Origin: a virus
Lineage: Duplodnaviria; Heunggongvirae; Uroviricota; Caudoviricetes
DNA: 64,000 bases
Virus record (IMG/VR): IMGVR_UViG_3300028260_000001
Span: 56,333-120,332 of that record
Strand: one strand, 5' to 3'
Positions 36,397-46,499 of the stretch are shown here, piece after piece. Position 1 is the first letter of the stretch, and every line of letters begins with the position of its first letter. The notes beneath the pieces were generated by a model. That model searched no databases. It was not told where the DNA came from and was given only the letters and a program-made list of their open reading frames with translations. The position numbers and the translations under genes were made by a program.

Positions 36397-37578
36397 TTAG
36401 TTTCCTTGCTGTAGTTGTTGGATGAGTTTGACGAATTCGGCGAAGGATTTACGGTAGCCCGATGATTGTGCTTCTTTGTAAGCTACCAGGAAAGGTTGGG
36501 CAGTTTCAATATCGAGTCCCAGACCTTTCAGATGTTCCATTTCGAAGAAGAAGTTCACTTGACACTGTACATGTTCACGGTAAAGAGTCAGGGCACTCTG
36601 CATGTCCGATTCCAGGCTTGCCAACATCACTGGATTCATACGGACACGGTCCATTACACAAGCATCCATAGTTGCCATCGGATTGCCTTTGCGATGAGTG
36701 ATCTCACCGATGAACTGGCCATTGAATACATAACCCAGTGTGATGCCTTCTCGACGGTAGGTTACTTTGGAACCACTAGCGATAACAACTTCCGCATTGA
36801 ACTCAAAGCGACTACTATCGAAACGTTGTGCCTGGGTCAGCATGTTAGCACCATAACGAATTGCTTCTTCAGCAAACCCGTAGTGGCGTTCCAGAATCTT
36901 ACCGAAGAACCGTGGTGTTTCCTGATAACCCGAACGGATGTCCAGGATATACGGACGGAACTTGTCGATAATAAACTTGACGTTGGCATTCACGTCGGTG
37001 CCAGTCACGTAACCCATACCGAAGTGCATACGGCGCTGGGATACATGGAAGATCATCATGTTGTTTTCATCGTACATGACGTAACCATCACCGCGGTGAC
37101 CGATTTTGTATTTCGGGCCGATGCGCATCATGTCTGCAGAAAGCTTGCAAGCCGAAGCCAACAAGCCATAGAAGTCTGTGACCTTCCGACGGGTAGACGG
37201 AGTCGTCATTGTGTCGAATACGTATTGGGATTGGCCCGACACGTCTTGGTACAGGTTATCGAAAAGCGAACTGATCGCATAACCGATTGGATTATCTTGA
37301 GCAACTTCTTTAGGGAAGATCTCGGTGAATGCTACCCAGTCCAGATCGATCATTTTGGTAGTTGGGTGGAAACTGAAGATCACTTTATCAGCACGAACCA
37401 GATCCATGCGATAGTTGTCTTCTTCGACAAACCGTACACGAAGTCCTTCAACGGTAGTCAGGTGTTCAGCGTTTGCATAAGCGCGGATCTTGTATAACTG
37501 CCAGATCTGCATGCGCAGGATGTACAGTTCATCTCGAGAGATTGCTGGGGTTACCATTACAGATTGCTTGATTCTCAT
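36397..37578 (-). CDS. Hypothetical early protein
   Basis: About 393 aa; early promoter directly upstream. Confidence 0.65.
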   Translation of the reverse strand: MRIKQSVMVTPAISRDELYILRMQIWQLYKIRAYANAEHLTTVEGLRVRFVEEDNYRMDLVRADKVIFSFHPTTKMIDLDWVAFTEIFPKEVAQDNPIGYAISSLFDNLYQDVSGQSQYVFDTMTTPSTRRKVTDFYGLLASACKLSADMMRIGPKYKIGHRGDGYVMYDENNMMIFHVSQRRMHFGMGYVTGTDVNANVKFIIDKFRPYILDIRSGYQETPRFFGKILERHYGFAEEAIRYGANMLTQAQRFDSSRFEFNAEVVIASGSKVTYRREGITLGYVFNGQFIGEITHRKGNPMATMDACVMDRVRMNPVMLASLESDMQSALTLYREHVQCQVNFFFEMEHLKGLGLDIETAQPFLVAYKEAQSSGYRKSFAEFVKLIQQLQQGN

Positions 37579-37608
37579 GAAACTTCCATTTGGTTGGTTG
37601 ATCACAGT

Positions 37609-37629
37609 AGTAATATAGATTTGTAATTT
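37609..37629 (-). promoter_or_regulatory. Early promoter motif
   Basis: Minus strand AAATTACAAATCTATATTACT. Confidence 0.8.
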
Positions 37630-37640
37630 GTTGCATTACA

Positions 37641-37670
37641 CGGCATAAAGCCCAACCCGAAGGCTGGGCC
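37641..37670 (-). terminator. Terminator with TTTATGCCG tail
   Basis: GGCCCAGCC-TTCG-GGTTGGGC-TTTATGCCG. Confidence 0.7.
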
Positions 37671-37679
37671 TATACCATG

Positions 37680-37874
37680 CTACGCCTTGGGAGTGGTAGC
37701 TGTACTGCTTTGACCTTTAGCTTCACGGCGCATCTCAGCGGCAGCCGCTAGATCATCCGCAAAGCCGTATCCAGCATTTGCCTCGTCAACACCGATAAAC
37801 GATGCAAACGTTTTCTTTTCAGCTTGTGCCTTTTGACCCGTAGGGGTCGTTGGTACTGCGGAGCTAGTAGCCAT
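37680..37874 (-). CDS. Small Ala-rich protein in the tail operon
   Basis: 64 aa with AAGGA RBS. Confidence 0.55.
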   Translation of the reverse strand: MATSSAVPTTPTGQKAQAEKKTFASFIGVDEANAGYGFADDLAAAAEMRREAKGQSSTATTPKA

Positions 37875-37885
37875 CGCGATGTTCC

Positions 37886-38755
37886 TTAAGCAATGCCGAT
37901 ACGGTTGTTAGCACCTTCAGCAAGCTGATCGGTGATACCGTTACGTTGGCCGAGAACGTCGGCAGAAATCTTCTCTTGCCACATTTGCATGTCGTTCGGG
38001 TTCAGACCACTGAGATCCATCGACTGCAGAATCTCACGAGCGTACATCTTAACGCCAGCGGAGGTATCGGTCAGTGCGGTGAATTCGATAGTCAGTTCCA
38101 GGTTCTGACCGATCTGCGAAACGTCTTTACGGTTCGACCAATCACCAGTAGTGGTTGGCTGCATGTTAGTGCACAGATAAGCAGACACAACGTCCTGCAT
38201 GGTTGGATCTGGTTCAATGAACAGTACAGTGCAACCAGCGAAGGTTTGGTTGTAATGTTCAGGACGAACCATACCGTCAGAAACGATCAGCGGTACTTTG
38301 GTGTTCGGATCACCCAGGCCATACAGAATCCACCATTCCAGGAAGTGCTGGATGGTACGACCTTGTAGTTCCCACGCGCCCAGTGAAGGACGAGAGGTAG
38401 CACGAGTAACGTTCGAAACAGCCGAGATGACTTCACCAGCACCACCTACTGGCGCGTCAGCGAACTCAGCAGTAACAGTACGGTTAAGACCATCGATAGT
38501 CCGACAGTGTTTCTCGATCAATGCTTTCAGAGAAGCGATCAATTGGTTTTGGTTAGCCGCATACCGGAAGAAGCGAGGAGCTTCTAACAGAATAGCGATC
38601 AGGTTACGAGACACGTACGGAGTGTTCGCAGCCAGGTTAGCCAGGTCTGGAGCCAAGACGAAAGTACCGGCCTGAGCCAGGTTCATCATGTTCTCAGAAG
38701 CGTTGGCACCGTAGCCCGAGCGCGGAGCGTACGGATTGGGATAGCGCTTTGCCAT
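37886..38755 (-). CDS. Tail tube protein (phiKZ gp30-like)
   Basis: 289 aa directly downstream of the sheath gene; size and order match phiKZ-like tail operons. Confidence 0.8.
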   Translation of the reverse strand: MAKRYPNPYAPRSGYGANASENMMNLAQAGTFVLAPDLANLAANTPYVSRNLIAILLEAPRFFRYAANQNQLIASLKALIEKHCRTIDGLNRTVTAEFADAPVGGAGEVISAVSNVTRATSRPSLGAWELQGRTIQHFLEWWILYGLGDPNTKVPLIVSDGMVRPEHYNQTFAGCTVLFIEPDPTMQDVVSAYLCTNMQPTTTGDWSNRKDVSQIGQNLELTIEFTALTDTSAGVKMYAREILQSMDLSGLNPNDMQMWQEKISADVLGQRNGITDQLAEGANNRIGIA

Positions 38756-38792
38756 TTTGTGGACCTCTTGCTAATTGGGGTCAACCCGAGGC

Positions 38793-40889
38793 TTACGCCT
38801 CGGTGTTGGCTTCCCGACGGATAGTAGTCAGGTTGAAGTTCAGAGTGGTGTGCGGGTTGTTAGCCGCAACAGTCACTTCACAGCTCCAGCTGGTACCGTT
38901 GTTTTCGTCAATGGCAGAGATGTACGAACGTGGGATGACATCAACGCGATCGCCGTAGCGCTCACGGGTCAGTTCCAGGATTCGTTCATCGGTACGCTCG
39001 ATCAGCTGTTCTTTCGACAGGTAAGCGTTACCAGAGAAGTCCGCATGAACTTTGTGGATCAGACGGATTAGGTCGCAGCAGATGTTGACTGTGATCGGCG
39101 ACAGCAATACCGAAGTATCGTCTTTGTAAACCGAACGCAGGCATGGGTAGTACTGGGAACGTTGGTCGTACGATTGCGACCAGGTTGCACCGTTTGCCCA
39201 CAGCTGGCTACGAGTACGCTCACTGAAGAACTTCACGTTCTGATCTTTGACCAGAGTTACGCGGTTATTCGGAGAGACGTCCATCTCAAAGCCTTCACGC
39301 AGAATACCAGTACCTTGACCAGCATAGCGTGCCCACTTGACACCGATGTCCAGCAACTGCGGAACGTACTTCGGCAGGCCATTACCCCCACCGATCAGTT
39401 TACCCGTTTGCAGGGCAATCATCGCACGGCAGACACCAGTACCATAGAGCGTAGACTCTGGGTAGGCTTGCAGACGAGTGATCAGGGCTTGGCAACGCGA
39501 AGCTTCTTCCGAAGCAGACAACAGACGAGTCTCCCCTTCCACGAAGGTAGTGAAGAAGTACTGTACGTCTTTACGAGCAGCCAGAACTTGGATTGCACGG
39601 AACTTCGATTCCATCGGCAGACCGGTATCGTACAGAACACCGAACTGGTAGTGCGCGATGTTTTCGTACTGGTCATTACCCAGCTTACCGAAGTTGGTGT
39701 TCTCGATGTCTACAAGCTTATTGTATTCATCCAGATCGGTAGTACCATCGCTACCGCCAGCGGCGTAGATCGTAGCGTTCTTACCGAGGGTTACACCGCC
39801 ACCCATTGCACCTTCCAACTGAATGGACTGGTACGGGTCACCGTCTTCGCCGAGCATAGTCAGGAAGTCGATCTGCGACGAACTGGTAACAGTACCAGCG
39901 ATAGCAGGGTTCACAACTTCTTCAGCTGCTTGGATCAGATCCTGAACCAGCTTGATATTGTCGCGGTAAACATAGATCTGCGAGAACGGAGAATACAGAA
40001 CCGACAGGCCAGATTCGAAACCGTCATCGGAATACTTATCGATCAGTACTTCGTCGATAGTGTAATCCATGTTCATGCTATCGGAATAAACGCCTTCATC
40101 GAAAGACACGTTAACGAAGTCTTCATCAGCAGCAGTTTTCACGATAACTGGAGTGTTGCCCACAACTGGCAGTTCCACGAATTGTACGCGGTACATACGA
40201 GTTTTGAAACGCTCTGCGGTGTCTTCATCGAAGCCATCTGGATCTTCAGTATGAGTACACCAGATTCGCATACCCAGGTTGTTACCTTGAGTACCGAAGA
40301 AAGCAGCAGGCAGTTCGAACAGCGGGTAAACAGTAGACTGCGAGTTGTCGATGGTCGAAACCATTTCACCTGGCAGGATACGCTGAGTACCAACTTCCGA
40401 AGAGTTGTCACGAATCAAAATGACACGTGCACGGTAACCTTCGATTTGCGCGTCCGCAGTAGCGACTGGGTTAGCCGACAGATCATTAACTGCGTCTGGG
40501 TAGTTGAAGCCGCCCAGTTGGTTAATGGTTTGATCGACATAATCGTGCACCATCTCTAGTGCGACGATAATACGTGCTGGGTTACCTGCGTCTTCTGGTT
40601 GCAGACGCTTCACATAGAAGCCGTTACCTTCGCTGAGGAACTGTAGAGCCAGAAGGGATTGCTGGTTAAAATACTTGCTGCGTGGAGCCAGGGTATTTTC
40701 ACCGAAGATTGTAGCAATACCACCTTCGTCGTTACCGACATAAGTAGTATCAGTTGGGCCGGTCTCACAGAAGAGACGCAGCAAAGGAGTGTGCTGAGCA
40801 AACGTCACAGGCGGACGTTGGAAAGCCCGACGACTCAAGTCCCGGATACCATTAAAAGTAACCTTAGGGACAGCGTTGGTGTATGACAT
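38793..40889 (-). CDS. Tail sheath protein (phiKZ gp29-like)
   Basis: About 698 aa from MSYTN; GGSDG and YDTGLP motifs; size matches the phiKZ sheath; divergent from the virion genes and terminase as in phiKZ. Confidence 0.85.
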   Translation of the reverse strand: MSYTNAVPKVTFNGIRDLSRRAFQRPPVTFAQHTPLLRLFCETGPTDTTYVGNDEGGIATIFGENTLAPRSKYFNQQSLLALQFLSEGNGFYVKRLQPEDAGNPARIIVALEMVHDYVDQTINQLGGFNYPDAVNDLSANPVATADAQIEGYRARVILIRDNSSEVGTQRILPGEMVSTIDNSQSTVYPLFELPAAFFGTQGNNLGMRIWCTHTEDPDGFDEDTAERFKTRMYRVQFVELPVVGNTPVIVKTAADEDFVNVSFDEGVYSDSMNMDYTIDEVLIDKYSDDGFESGLSVLYSPFSQIYVYRDNIKLVQDLIQAAEEVVNPAIAGTVTSSSQIDFLTMLGEDGDPYQSIQLEGAMGGGVTLGKNATIYAAGGSDGTTDLDEYNKLVDIENTNFGKLGNDQYENIAHYQFGVLYDTGLPMESKFRAIQVLAARKDVQYFFTTFVEGETRLLSASEEASRCQALITRLQAYPESTLYGTGVCRAMIALQTGKLIGGGNGLPKYVPQLLDIGVKWARYAGQGTGILREGFEMDVSPNNRVTLVKDQNVKFFSERTRSQLWANGATWSQSYDQRSQYYPCLRSVYKDDTSVLLSPITVNICCDLIRLIHKVHADFSGNAYLSKEQLIERTDERILELTRERYGDRVDVIPRSYISAIDENNGTSWSCEVTVAANNPHTTLNFNLTTIRREANTEA

Positions 40890-41015
40890 CTTTATTTCTC
40901 CCAAGTATGGAGCATTTTGAACTCGATGTTATGAGTGTAAACTAACGGTCAATCATAGATATTAATTAAGATTGACCTACGAAGTTATTTTTTACCCCCT
41001 AAAAGGAGATACGGA

Positions 41016-41951
41016 ATGGTCATCATGCCATACGAAACGACCCTCGGTCGTCTGAATAAACCTGACGAATATGTACGTGCAGTACGCAAAGCTGAGATCA
41101 GTTTATCCTTGCCACCAATGGCAACAGTTAATAATGAACAACTCAGCGATACCGGTTACGTGACCCCTCGTGAAGAACACGATGACATTCCGAACTTTGC
41201 TCACATCATCAATGTCGGTGACGAACGTAACCCAATGTTGGTAGTTGACGGTCGCCAGTATATGCGTTACGATGAACGCACTGGTGTAACACGACTGATT
41301 GCCGCAAACGATTGGCAACTGCAATGCGTACGAGTAGCCCTGACCCACAAACTGATGGAACAAGGTCCTCACGCATTTTCACGCCTGACTGATTTCCCAG
41401 CCAAAGTTTTCATGGACTGGGTAACCGGTACTCTCGTGCAACGTTACACCCTGCGCCCTGAATCTGAAATGGCACTGCGTGTGATTTCGGCTCTCTACTA
41501 CCAAGCCATGTTGTCGCCAGAACTCCGTGAACCTGGTCACGATCGTGTTCGTTTTGCAACGATCCTTAATCGCATTACCATGGTACCGATTGACTTCATT
41601 CTGAATCTGGTAGATCCAGATATGCCTAACACCGTAGGTTCTCTGAACAACGCGGATGACTTGGCACGTGAACTCAGTACGAAGTCTCGTACACTCAGCA
41701 TGGGTCAACTGAAATTCGCTGACTTGCATGTGCTGTTGAAAGCTTCGTGGTATGGTACTAACGCATCGGATAACGTGGGTATGGCACTAGAACACCTACC
41801 TACTTGGATTGCCATTCTTTACACGGCAGTCTCCGATCGCTCATACCGTAAATCTAAAATCACTGAGCGGGCTGAAAGAATCGGTCGCGCTAACGATATC
41901 CGTAATTTCATTGACCTGGTTGGTCGGGCAGTTACAGAAGAATTCGTCTAA
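41016..41951 (+). CDS. Virion structural protein (phiKZ gp28 position)
   Basis: 311 aa, AAGGAG RBS, synteny. Confidence 0.6.
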   Translation: MVIMPYETTLGRLNKPDEYVRAVRKAEISLSLPPMATVNNEQLSDTGYVTPREEHDDIPNFAHIINVGDERNPMLVVDGRQYMRYDERTGVTRLIAANDWQLQCVRVALTHKLMEQGPHAFSRLTDFPAKVFMDWVTGTLVQRYTLRPESEMALRVISALYYQAMLSPELREPGHDRVRFATILNRITMVPIDFILNLVDPDMPNTVGSLNNADDLARELSTKSRTLSMGQLKFADLHVLLKASWYGTNASDNVGMALEHLPTWIAILYTAVSDRSYRKSKITERAERIGRANDIRNFIDLVGRAVTEEFV

Positions 41952-41963
41952 TAGGGGACAACA

Positions 41964-44678
41964 ATGAACGACTATCTGTTGCGCTACGCGATTGATAACG
42001 TTTGGTGTAACCTTGGACAAGATCGGCAGTTTCAATACCAACTGCGTCAGTTAACACCACGTTACGGTACTCGCCGTTTCTACGTGGTTGACGCACAGAA
42101 GTACGTGCTGCCTTACGAGTCTGAACGGGATTGGTTCCACGTGTATCAAATCGGTCAGGTGGTTCCATCACACCTGGCTCTCCCAAAGGTTTACAACCAA
42201 TGGATGTCATTGGAGAAACTCGCCATTCATCACAAGATGCTTGGTGAAGTCTACGTTGACAGTGGTATTCAGTTCTCTCGGGCTCAAACCTGGGTATTGC
42301 TGACCTCCAGCCAAAACTTACTGGTTGCTGTAAAGATCCTTCCTTTATTTCCGGATCTGGATGAACAACAGCCATACCTTCACTTCTATCAAAATGCTTT
42401 CTTCCAAAGCAAACGTTCAGATCAGTCGACCAAGAACTACATCGAAGCTTATTCGATCCGTCCTAATACGACAGCTGAATTGCGACAATTCCAAATCCGA
42501 ATGCAGGACCTGTTAGCCGAGAAAGGAGGTTTCCCTCTGTGCTGGGTGAATGGTCGTTTGGTACAGGAAATCTCGTTGGTCACAGCAGGTGTAGGTGACT
42601 ATTGTGAGTGGGTATTGGATAGCTCGATCTATCGGGTTGCTGAATACCGGTTGCAAGGTACCCCAACCTTTACTTCGACATTGGACAGTGCTAACAAATA
42701 CATTATCCACTTGCCGAAAGATAAGTCGACTTCAACGATTGAGTTCCACGACGATATCGCAGTGTTCCTGTGTAAGAACAACAATGCGTTGTCTCGTTAC
42801 TCGGGTGTGCATTACCACCACAACGATGGTAAGTGGATGCGTCAACTCACGCACCGTGATTGGTCTATTCCGGTAGGACGTGTGCAGTCGATGATTGCTA
42901 GCCACCCAGAAGATCCACGTACTGGTACTGATCCGAGATGGCCTTCTGATAAGTGGGCTACGTCTGATCCGATGTACATTCGCATGTATCACCGTCGTTC
43001 AGGTTACGAGCGTCCTATCGTTGCTGATTCGTCCCGTATCCAAGAACTCTACCGTCTGACTGATGCGAATATCATCCGTGCCATGACGGGTGCAGACTCT
43101 ATGCCTTTGTGGCATGCTGCTAACCTAGAGAAAGCTGCGTACGTACGATTCATGTCTGCTGATCCTAATGTGATCTATCCGGTTGCATTCCAAGATCCTA
43201 CTAAGTCGACTCAGTTCAAACGTGAAGCATTGAACTTTGCAGGTGACGTGTTTGGTTATCATGAAGCTGCACACTTGATGGCAAACAACCCAGCTAAAGT
43301 CTACATGTCTCAAACTGAACGTGTAGCAGATCTGGCTTACGTGTATTGGGAAAACGCTACGGTATTCGAATACGATAACCAAGGCATTCTGCTAGAGTGG
43401 CATCACCATACCGGTGGTTCTCGCTACTATGTTCAGAACCCTAACACGGCATGGGTGGAATGTATCACGGGCGTTGGTAGCACAGACCTGCAAGGCGTGT
43501 ATGGCACTGATCCAGTAGAACTACCTGATGGTTACGAGTTCCGTGTATACGTGAATCGGACATGGAGTGGTGCACCTACTGGGGAATGGCAAGACATTAC
43601 CGATCTGGAGAACCGGCATGAATGGGGCTTCCTGGATGAAACAGGTGATGTACCAGTATGGCGTTGGGTTACGGGTGGCAATGCTTACCAAGGTTTGATT
43701 CGTCGTTCTGATCGGTTCTTCTTGGATGCTCGTCGTTTCAACAAGTCTTCGGGCATTATCAACTTCAGCTTCCGTCACACTTCGATGTCGTCGGGTCAAC
43801 AGACTGAAGAACTGATGGATATCCCACTGGGTCAGCTCGATGTATTCTTGGCGGATGAGAATGGACTGAATGGTCGTTCCCTAATTCAAGGCATCGACTA
43901 CATTGTTATCGAGGGACCTACGTTCCAAGAAACTGTAGTGGTACTGAACAACCTGGAATATCTGAACGAGATCAACACGGTGATTATCCGTGCACATGGC
44001 TTCTGTTCGCCAGAGTTGAAGATGTATCCGCCAGCAGAAGTAGGCTTTGTTGAGTACGGTGTATTGTCGGGTAACGGCGTCTACGATGTCCACACCCACA
44101 AGATGCAACGTATCGTTGTTGATGGTCACTACCGTGCATTCGAAGACGTTAAGTTCGATGAGGACTACGCCGATCGGGTAATCGCCGATGAACGTAATGG
44201 TTCGCCTTACCAGATCCAAACTCCACAAGTTACTTTCCGTGATGTTTACGACGAAGATAATGCTGCTCGTGAGTTGGATGACGTTCGGGATAAACAAGTT
44301 AGTGATTACATGACTGAGTATTTCCCAGCTCGTGCACGCCCTAACTCAGACAAGATCGAACGACACTACTATGTCTACAGTGCATACGCAAACAAGATCC
44401 TAAACGATCTGATTGCAGGTACGTTGAAGCCACCGATTGTTAATGGTTTCTACACGGATATGGATGTGGCTAAAGCAGTAGCTAAGTACGATTGGCTGAA
44501 ACCTTTCGACATGGCTAACCAAGACTACAACAAGAACCACATCATCATCTACCCGCACTGGCATTCAACCGCCCAGGGTCTGGACATCCAACAGTATGAC
44601 TTCTTTGTGAGAGCTCTCAAGTTGGGACTCCGTGAGGTTCCCGATCTTTCACATTCAATCTACATCACGAGGACCTAG
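41964..44678 (+). CDS. Large virion structural protein (phiKZ gp27 position)
   Basis: 904 aa, synteny. Confidence 0.65.
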   Translation: MNDYLLRYAIDNVWCNLGQDRQFQYQLRQLTPRYGTRRFYVVDAQKYVLPYESERDWFHVYQIGQVVPSHLALPKVYNQWMSLEKLAIHHKMLGEVYVDSGIQFSRAQTWVLLTSSQNLLVAVKILPLFPDLDEQQPYLHFYQNAFFQSKRSDQSTKNYIEAYSIRPNTTAELRQFQIRMQDLLAEKGGFPLCWVNGRLVQEISLVTAGVGDYCEWVLDSSIYRVAEYRLQGTPTFTSTLDSANKYIIHLPKDKSTSTIEFHDDIAVFLCKNNNALSRYSGVHYHHNDGKWMRQLTHRDWSIPVGRVQSMIASHPEDPRTGTDPRWPSDKWATSDPMYIRMYHRRSGYERPIVADSSRIQELYRLTDANIIRAMTGADSMPLWHAANLEKAAYVRFMSADPNVIYPVAFQDPTKSTQFKREALNFAGDVFGYHEAAHLMANNPAKVYMSQTERVADLAYVYWENATVFEYDNQGILLEWHHHTGGSRYYVQNPNTAWVECITGVGSTDLQGVYGTDPVELPDGYEFRVYVNRTWSGAPTGEWQDITDLENRHEWGFLDETGDVPVWRWVTGGNAYQGLIRRSDRFFLDARRFNKSSGIINFSFRHTSMSSGQQTEELMDIPLGQLDVFLADENGLNGRSLIQGIDYIVIEGPTFQETVVVLNNLEYLNEINTVIIRAHGFCSPELKMYPPAEVGFVEYGVLSGNGVYDVHTHKMQRIVVDGHYRAFEDVKFDEDYADRVIADERNGSPYQIQTPQVTFRDVYDEDNAARELDDVRDKQVSDYMTEYFPARARPNSDKIERHYYVYSAYANKILNDLIAGTLKPPIVNGFYTDMDVAKAVAKYDWLKPFDMANQDYNKNHIIIYPHWHSTAQGLDIQQYDFFVRALKLGLREVPDLSHSIYITRT

Positions 44679-44680
44679 GA

Positions 44681-46369
44681 ATGGCAACAACATTCACTCC
44701 TTTTACTCGATCAGCCTTCCTGGACCCCGAACGTGGGTTCTGGACTTGGCTTCGATCGGAGATCGTTAGTTTCCCAGGCGAAACTAACAAGTTCATTCCA
44801 AACGTGAACGATGCTGTCCGCGACTGGGACCAAGGGTTGTTCCGCGTTATCGAAGTCGATCAGACTACAGGCATGTCGGTACTGGAGAAATGGGTAGAAC
44901 CAGAATCTCCAGATCCGGATGGTCCTGAGAACGTACTGATCGCAACTGGCCCAGGTTACACTTCGGAATCCTTCCGTATCTTCCTGGATCAAACCGTTAC
45001 GCCACACACGTTCTCTCCTGACCTCCGTTGCCATTTCTATGGTACTGAAGTCCAAGGCTACAAGATCTTCCAGGGTAGTGATATCTCGGAAACTTACGGC
45101 AAAGTGATTTCGGAATACTACGATGCTTCGGGTAACTATCTGGGTCCAATGATTCCAGTTGAAGTTGCTCTGTTGCCAGGCATGCTACCAGGTACTCAAT
45201 ACCAAAGCGGTGTGACTGTACCAATGGCGGGTTATACTTCGGTTAGCCTACCGGACGGTGAACGGGTTACTCTCGTAGCCTACTCCGCTAACGGTAAACA
45301 GCTTTCTATTGCTCAACTCGTAGTAGTGAACTCTCAAGCTATTCGCCAACCGGATACGTCGAAGCGTTACGTTAAAGGTATCTCGATTGATTCTTCGTGG
45401 ATTAGTTCTGCTGATCCTAAAGTCATTGAGTTCCCACTGAACGTTGCTGTCGAATCGTTGCCGATGGTTGCTCGGGTTCATTACCGTGATGGTAAGAAAG
45501 AAGCCAAGGCTGTCAATGGCGGTCAAATGGAACTGTTGGGTCTCCGTAACTACGTGGCTACTGAAGTGGGCCAAGAGTTCGGTATGACACTGACCTATCA
45601 ACTGGCTCAGGATGAGATCTCTTATGGTCTCAACCCAACTACCGATCGTAAGATCACCATGTCTTACATTGCTCGGACTACTCCAGCAGAAGGCGCTTAC
45701 GAGTGTCGTATGTTTGTTTATCCGGTGTGGGTAAACGCGGCTGTTGGTTACCGGTTGGAGTTCTGGTTGTATAACCAAGATCGGGAACGGTTCTGGAACA
45801 TCACGCCACAGGTTGAACTGGGTATGACTTCCAAGCCGTTTGATCCGAAAGGTTACGGCTTCATTCAAGACCTGACCTACGCGGTTAACTTGAACGAAGT
45901 GGATGGTGTCTTTAAACCAGTTCGTTTCGTTAGCTCTTTCCAGCTCGCTCTCTTGACAGCTGGTGGGAACACTGACGCGAATTGGGAAATCAAGTTCCGT
46001 CCTGACCAAGAAGTAGCTTATGGTCGAGACCTGAAAGCAAACGTGGAATATATCGAAACCAACCAGTGGAACCTACGACTGGCTAACGGTATGCAGACTA
46101 AGGAAACTTGGCTGCAGAAGATGTACTACAATGCTGAACCTCTGATTAACCCAGAGTCGGAAGTAGTTGCTCCTGAACCTACGCACTTCCGTGTACAGTT
46201 CTTGCACAACACTTACGAGTACGCGATCTCTCAATGGAACGAAGTATTGAAGGTAAACAACGACCTCACTAACAACGGTGAACTCGTTTACATTCAGTGG
46301 ATTCGTCGAACTGTAGGCACCGACCTACAGCTTGCAATCACCGCATTGCCCCTGAAACAGCTCGTGTAA
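44681..46369 (+). CDS. Virion structural protein (phiKZ gp26 position)
   Basis: 562 aa, synteny upstream of the terminase. Confidence 0.65.
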   Translation: MATTFTPFTRSAFLDPERGFWTWLRSEIVSFPGETNKFIPNVNDAVRDWDQGLFRVIEVDQTTGMSVLEKWVEPESPDPDGPENVLIATGPGYTSESFRIFLDQTVTPHTFSPDLRCHFYGTEVQGYKIFQGSDISETYGKVISEYYDASGNYLGPMIPVEVALLPGMLPGTQYQSGVTVPMAGYTSVSLPDGERVTLVAYSANGKQLSIAQLVVVNSQAIRQPDTSKRYVKGISIDSSWISSADPKVIEFPLNVAVESLPMVARVHYRDGKKEAKAVNGGQMELLGLRNYVATEVGQEFGMTLTYQLAQDEISYGLNPTTDRKITMSYIARTTPAEGAYECRMFVYPVWVNAAVGYRLEFWLYNQDRERFWNITPQVELGMTSKPFDPKGYGFIQDLTYAVNLNEVDGVFKPVRFVSSFQLALLTAGGNTDANWEIKFRPDQEVAYGRDLKANVEYIETNQWNLRLANGMQTKETWLQKMYYNAEPLINPESEVVAPEPTHFRVQFLHNTYEYAISQWNEVLKVNNDLTNNGELVYIQWIRRTVGTDLQLAITALPLKQLV

Positions 46370-46378
46370 CAACATAAG

Positions 46379-46408
46379 CGGCTACCCCTTTGGGTAGCCT
46401 TTATGCCG
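46379..46408 (+). terminator. Terminator with TTTATGCCG tail
   Basis: GGCTACCC-CTTT-GGGTAGCC-TTTATGCCG. Confidence 0.7.
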
Positions 46409-46499
46409 TAATTCTATGACTCATATACGTTTCCTGGCAGGGGCGGGGTCGAAATCTTTTATACCGTCACCGCCATACATACCTACAAGGACATTTCTA

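Noticed and set aside
46416-46499. Upstream in-frame extensions given by the ORF track (terL 46416, nrdA 52571, nrdB 54899, head protein 56188, DUF1353 58924, ORF start 21355)
   Set aside because: Downstream ATGs have better RBSs or spacing; several extensions start at the ATG inside a terminator tail or run through a hairpin.
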